Part shown: piece after piece, positions 59,990 through 64,000 of the stretch
Position numbering within the stretch: position 1 is the first letter of the stretch
Layout of the letters: every line of letters begins with the position of its first letter
Notes under the pieces: model-generated
Seen by the model: only the letters and a program-made list of their open reading frames with translations
Database searches by the model: none
What the model was told of the DNA's origin: nothing
Assembly (NCBI GenBank): GCA_011109175.1
Contig: RDEW01000075.1
Span: 1 to 64,000 of the forward strand
DNA from: Dicyema japonicum
Lineage: Eukaryota; Animalia; Dicyemida
Length of the DNA stretch: 64,000 nucleotides
Direction of reading: 5' to 3'
Made by a program: the position numbers and the translations under genes

Positions 59990-61028
59990 ATGTCTAACCA
60001 GGATCAATCAAATATTAACGCTAGGCATAATATAGTAAAGAGTAGTGATGGACGAATAATAAAAATTATTCCCAGAAGGTCTCTCTCAAATACTGATAAA
60101 ATGGCAGTGGCCGAACCATCCTCAGTCCGACTTTTAAATGTTAAGCCGCTTCCTCAGATAGGGATAATTCCACCCACAATTAAGCATGAGACAATAATCA
60201 AGCCTGTAAAACGTACTACTGGCCGAAGTTCCACATCGTTCAGTTCAAAACCACCGGAATTGGTTGTCTGTAACGTAATTTTGTACTTTCACCACTCGCT
60301 GTGGGATTGATTTGAGGCGTTTAGCCAGATATGGTCGCCACGTGGAACTTAAATTGGGCTCATCGGTGCTTAGTTTTATGATTACTTTTTAGATTTGTCG
60401 CAAAAAGCTCCGCGACCCAGTTTGCACAGCAAATGTTTCGAATACTGGTAAGATTACGGTTATGGGCGCCACAAGGTTGGTTTGATTTTTATACAATTTT
60501 TTGTTGCCTTACTTTTAGTTTGGATGACTCTTATATTGCTGCTAGACGGATTGGGCGGTCTCTGTTCCGAATGGGCTTTCCTGTGAGGTTCTCTCGTTAC
60601 GGAGTGGTGAATATATTAGCCTCGGCCTGCCTGTCATTTGGAGTTGATCTCTTTTCGTTCCATAGGCGTCATGTCTATGATGACTCTATTTTGTAATATG
60701 TTGTATCATTTTGTAGTGATAGGAGAGAGTTTGAGAGTGAAGTTCATTCTGGAGCCAACTACTCGTTCATTGAGAGTTCGACGTCCTTCGTAATATTCAG
60801 TACTGGAAGCATTAATGTGACTGGGTCTTCTATGAAACTATTGAGGCTGACTTGGATAGAATCTACCCTTATTTGATGGAGTTTGCCACTGATCGACCGA
60901 AAAGACCTAAAAGGGTGTATACTGGAAAGGACAAGAAACTTAGGTTTATCTCGAAGTACGTGCAATCATCGTCAGAGGAAGAGTCGTTTGATTCTGAGTA
61001 CACGACTACTGAGGAAGAACTTGATTGA
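59990..61028 (+). CDS. TBPL1: TBP-related factor 2 (TRF2/TLF); 3 short introns; homopolymer frameshifts
   Basis: NVICTF..RCGIDLRRLA..G.HVE, KLRDP..TANV..TGKITVMGATS....IAARRIGR.L.RMGFPVRF..Y.VVNILA, FESEVHSGA.Y, IFSTGSINVTG, IYPYLMEF; the ELHP-type second repeat and 'IYP' end are TRF2-like rather than TBP-like. Confidence 0.8.
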
Positions 61029-61649
61029 ATTTTTGTATTTTGACCTATATATTTATTTTAATGGTTTGTTTTTAAAAAAATTATGGATCTGATTTCAATG
61101 GTTCAAATTATGGATCTGATTTCAATGGTTAAGTACAGTTCATGAGAGGATAAAGGTTCTTATTATCATTATTAAATAATTTTACGATGTCACGGTAACA
61201 CGAGAAAATGATTGGATTGCTGGGCTCTTCTTTTGATCCCTTTTTGTTAATGCAAGCAGCCCGTAGAGGTCTTCTTGTTTCACTAGGGAACCGGATAAAG
61301 CAATTAAAAAATAGCAAAATTTTTATTAAAATAGAAAAAATAGCATTTTCTTTTTTTCCTTTTTATAACACTACTTTTTTTAAGAAGTAAATAATATTTC
61401 CATTACTTAAACTTCACCTTAGGCCAGCGCAATTCGATTCGTTTAGAGTTTTCACCCCCAAAAATTTTAAAAACCAACATTTCACCCCCGAATTTAAATC
61501 TACCAGAATTCGAATTTTATTTAAAAAAATTAGTTAGGTTCCTTAAGACTTTTCCTGCCTTTTAGTTTTAATTTTTCTAAACGTGGTTTTTTGTTTGCTA
61601 GTGCAATTCTGAGATCGTTTTCAGGGTTAAGAAAAATCAGAGTCACATA

Positions 61650-62300
61650 GCCAAGTGCGGCAAATTGAACCAGAACTTACTATGCTTTTATTGCAATGGT
61701 CGGAAACCCAACTTGCGAACAGCACCAAAAAAGACCTCAAAGAATTTGAGTTGTACAACATTGTTTGATTTCAAGTCTGAGAATAATAAATCTTGTCAAA
61801 ATACGACCTCTTGACATTATGATTCAAAGCTTTTTCTTCGAATGAAATTCACGATTTAACACAAATTTAAGACAGCTTTTAACTTAATCGGCAAAGACTT
61901 CGATATGAGTGCGCGATGAATGATGTAGTGAGTAACTGTTACATCTGGAACATGTTTTCTCAATTTCTTTATGTCCGAAACAACTTTTTTTAAAGAATAT
62001 CATCACTGATACAGTTAATTCGATTCCGGATAGAATATTTGACAACGAATCTGCTGCAGTTTTCGAGAAGCGTTTGACCCAGGAATATTTTCACCATTTC
62101 CAATGGACACGGATTAATAAGAGTCTCTGCAATATTATGTGGTTTCTTTGATTTCATAACTTCATATGCTACTTTGAATGACGCCAAAATTAAAAGTTTG
62201 TCAATGCAGGTAAATCCAAGCTCGGAAGCGTTGCTTGGATATCGTATCGTAACCTTTCAGCCTTCAAACATTCAGGATCATTTCCTGAACGTTTATTTCT
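61650..62300 (-). mobile_element. hAT (Buster/Charlie-type) transposase remnant
   Basis: ASFKVAY...KKPHNIAETLI.PC, IRNRI..ISDDI, TH.IIHR.LISK. Confidence 0.75.
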
Positions 62301-62414
62301 AACATTGAAGCATATGTTCTCCCTTTGGTTCCTTCCTTGGATTAGTTAGTTATGTACAGCGCCGCTCCTTTTCTTGGCGGAATCTTGCGGAATTTTCGAT
62401 TTTCGCAAGAAATT

Positions 62415-64000
62415 TGAGGAGGTAGTGAGACATCTCTTGATTGGAAAACGACCGGGGTCGATAAGTTTATAATTTCTTTATCAAAAGATGCACTTCATTG
62501 CACGAGTCTATGTGTCGTGTATTACAGAAAAGCATCACTAACCCGGAAACGATTCCTGATTGGGCATGCACAGGACAACTTATTTGACCCCAAAGCTGGA
62601 CAACCCCCAGTCTGCTGCAGATTATCGACCGATAACCTGCTGCCAACCCTGTATAAACTGATGACCAAATTGATGGCTAATGAGGTCAGGAGCTTTGTAG
62701 AAGCAAATGGGATTCTCTCGAGAATCAGTTGGGTACTGTGCGAAATTGTCAGGGGGCAAAAGAGCAGGCTTTGATCAACAAATGCCTTTCTGTGTCTCAC
62801 GGAAACTCACTTTTGTCAATGTGCGTTGATGTGAAGAAGACTTATGATTCAGTTGATCATTCTTACCTTGTCGAGTGAGTACCAGCTACACAGTCGTGTA
62901 TGCCTGTGTGGTTCATCAGTTTTGTAGTGGCTGTGATGAGTAGGTGGATTATTCATCTGAACTATAATAGGCACCGGATAGGCGAGGTAAAACTCAAGAG
63001 GAGATCCTTCAGGAGGATAGCATGTCTCCGCTGCTCTTTGTTCTCTGTTTGGAGCCATTGAGTCGCCGCCTCAATGACCGGTTTGAGCAAATACCAGTTC
63101 ATTGTGAGGGGGTTTGTTTCAGTACAAATCACCTTCTTTTTATCGATGACCTGAAGATGTATGCTCGAACAGCCGAGGAGCTCTACTCCATGGGGGTCTG
63201 TGCCAGGGAATTCTTTGAGAGTATAGGACTAGATTTGAATTATTCAAAGTCTGCGACTAACACGCAAGTATGTAGCGAGTTAGTAAGAGTCCTAGAGGAA
63301 CACGAAGGATATAAGTATCTGGGTGTTACCGAATCTCCAAAGTCCCTTATAATGCCTGAGACAAAGCGACAAATTACTGAAGGCATCCGTAAAAGAGCAG
63401 CGTTATTGTGTAAGACGTCTCTAAATGCAAGGAATTTGTTCCTAGCATTAAATGAGTATGCTGTCTCGCTGCTAAACTACTACATAGGTGTTGTGGAGTT
63501 TGAGCCCAAAGAGTATGATGAGATGGATGTTATGATCCGTGGAGTACTCAGAGAGAACCATGTCCATGTGTGGCAGCCAATAAGGAGAGACTATATTTAC
63601 CCCGTGATAAATTCGGCCGTGGACTGTGTGGAGTAGTCCAACTAAGTGAGCGTATCCTAATGCGAATGCACGACACCCTGATAAGCTGGGTCAAGTGTGT
63701 CTGCTAGGAAGCACGCCATAATAACGACCGAGAAAACACGGGCCCACCTAGGCACTATCAGACCTTTTTTGTCTGCTAAGTATGGTGTTGATGATGGTGG
63801 GCTAGTAAATGTGAAGGCGTTGATCGAATTACAATATAATAATTTGATGGAAAAGATCAACTTAAAAAGCCTTCATAAGGTCCTCTTCAGAGCATTGGAC
63901 AACCCACATGTCGACCTTAAGTCGTCGACAATATGGCTAAAATACGGTGACAACTCACCTCGATCGGAGGCGTTGTACACGTATATGCAAGACCGCAATA
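62415..64000 (+). mobile_element. R4/Dong-like retrotransposon, near-identical to 497-2387, runs off the window end
   Basis: WK..GVD, NLLPTLYKL, DVKK.YDSVDH, MSPLLFVLCLEPLS, LLFIDDLK, YKYLG. Confidence 0.92.

Noticed and set aside
61079-61131. Exact 27-bp-period tandem duplication downstream of TRF2 (similar small ones at 53065 and 56595)
   Set aside because: Only two units and no functional signature; likely slippage or an assembly artefact

Overview
Eukaryotic, AT-rich animal DNA (integrin alpha, STAM, TRF2/TBPL1) with very compact genes. About 90 introns were read by eye across 10 genes. Nearly all are 21-30 nt (mode about 23), with almost no splice-site information beyond GT...AG. GAG/AAG acceptors are frequent, and three introns have no usable AG. 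This architecture fits a reduced parasitic animal, most likely a dicyemid mesozoan, with a myxozoan as the alternative; this is inference. Host genes: SUCLG2, CLCN7, GTF2H2/p44, a C2H2 zinc-finger protein, acetyl-CoA carboxylase, a VHS-less STAM, a dynein-light-chain-like protein, an RDH13-like SDR lacking its catalytic Tyr, integrin alpha, a 2-RRM nucleolin-like protein and TRF2. There is also a processed beta-tubulin pseudogene. Intergenic DNA is almost entirely mobile-element debris: R4/Dong-like, CRE-like, RTE and Jockey/I-like non-LTR elements, three SINE families sharing modular heads, cores and tails, and pogo/Tigger, Tc1, hAT and Ginger-like remnants. Caveat: conserved genes carry many single-base homopolymer indels typical of unpolished long-read consensus, so single-nucleotide oddities need read-level confirmation. 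Mobile-element boundaries are approximate.
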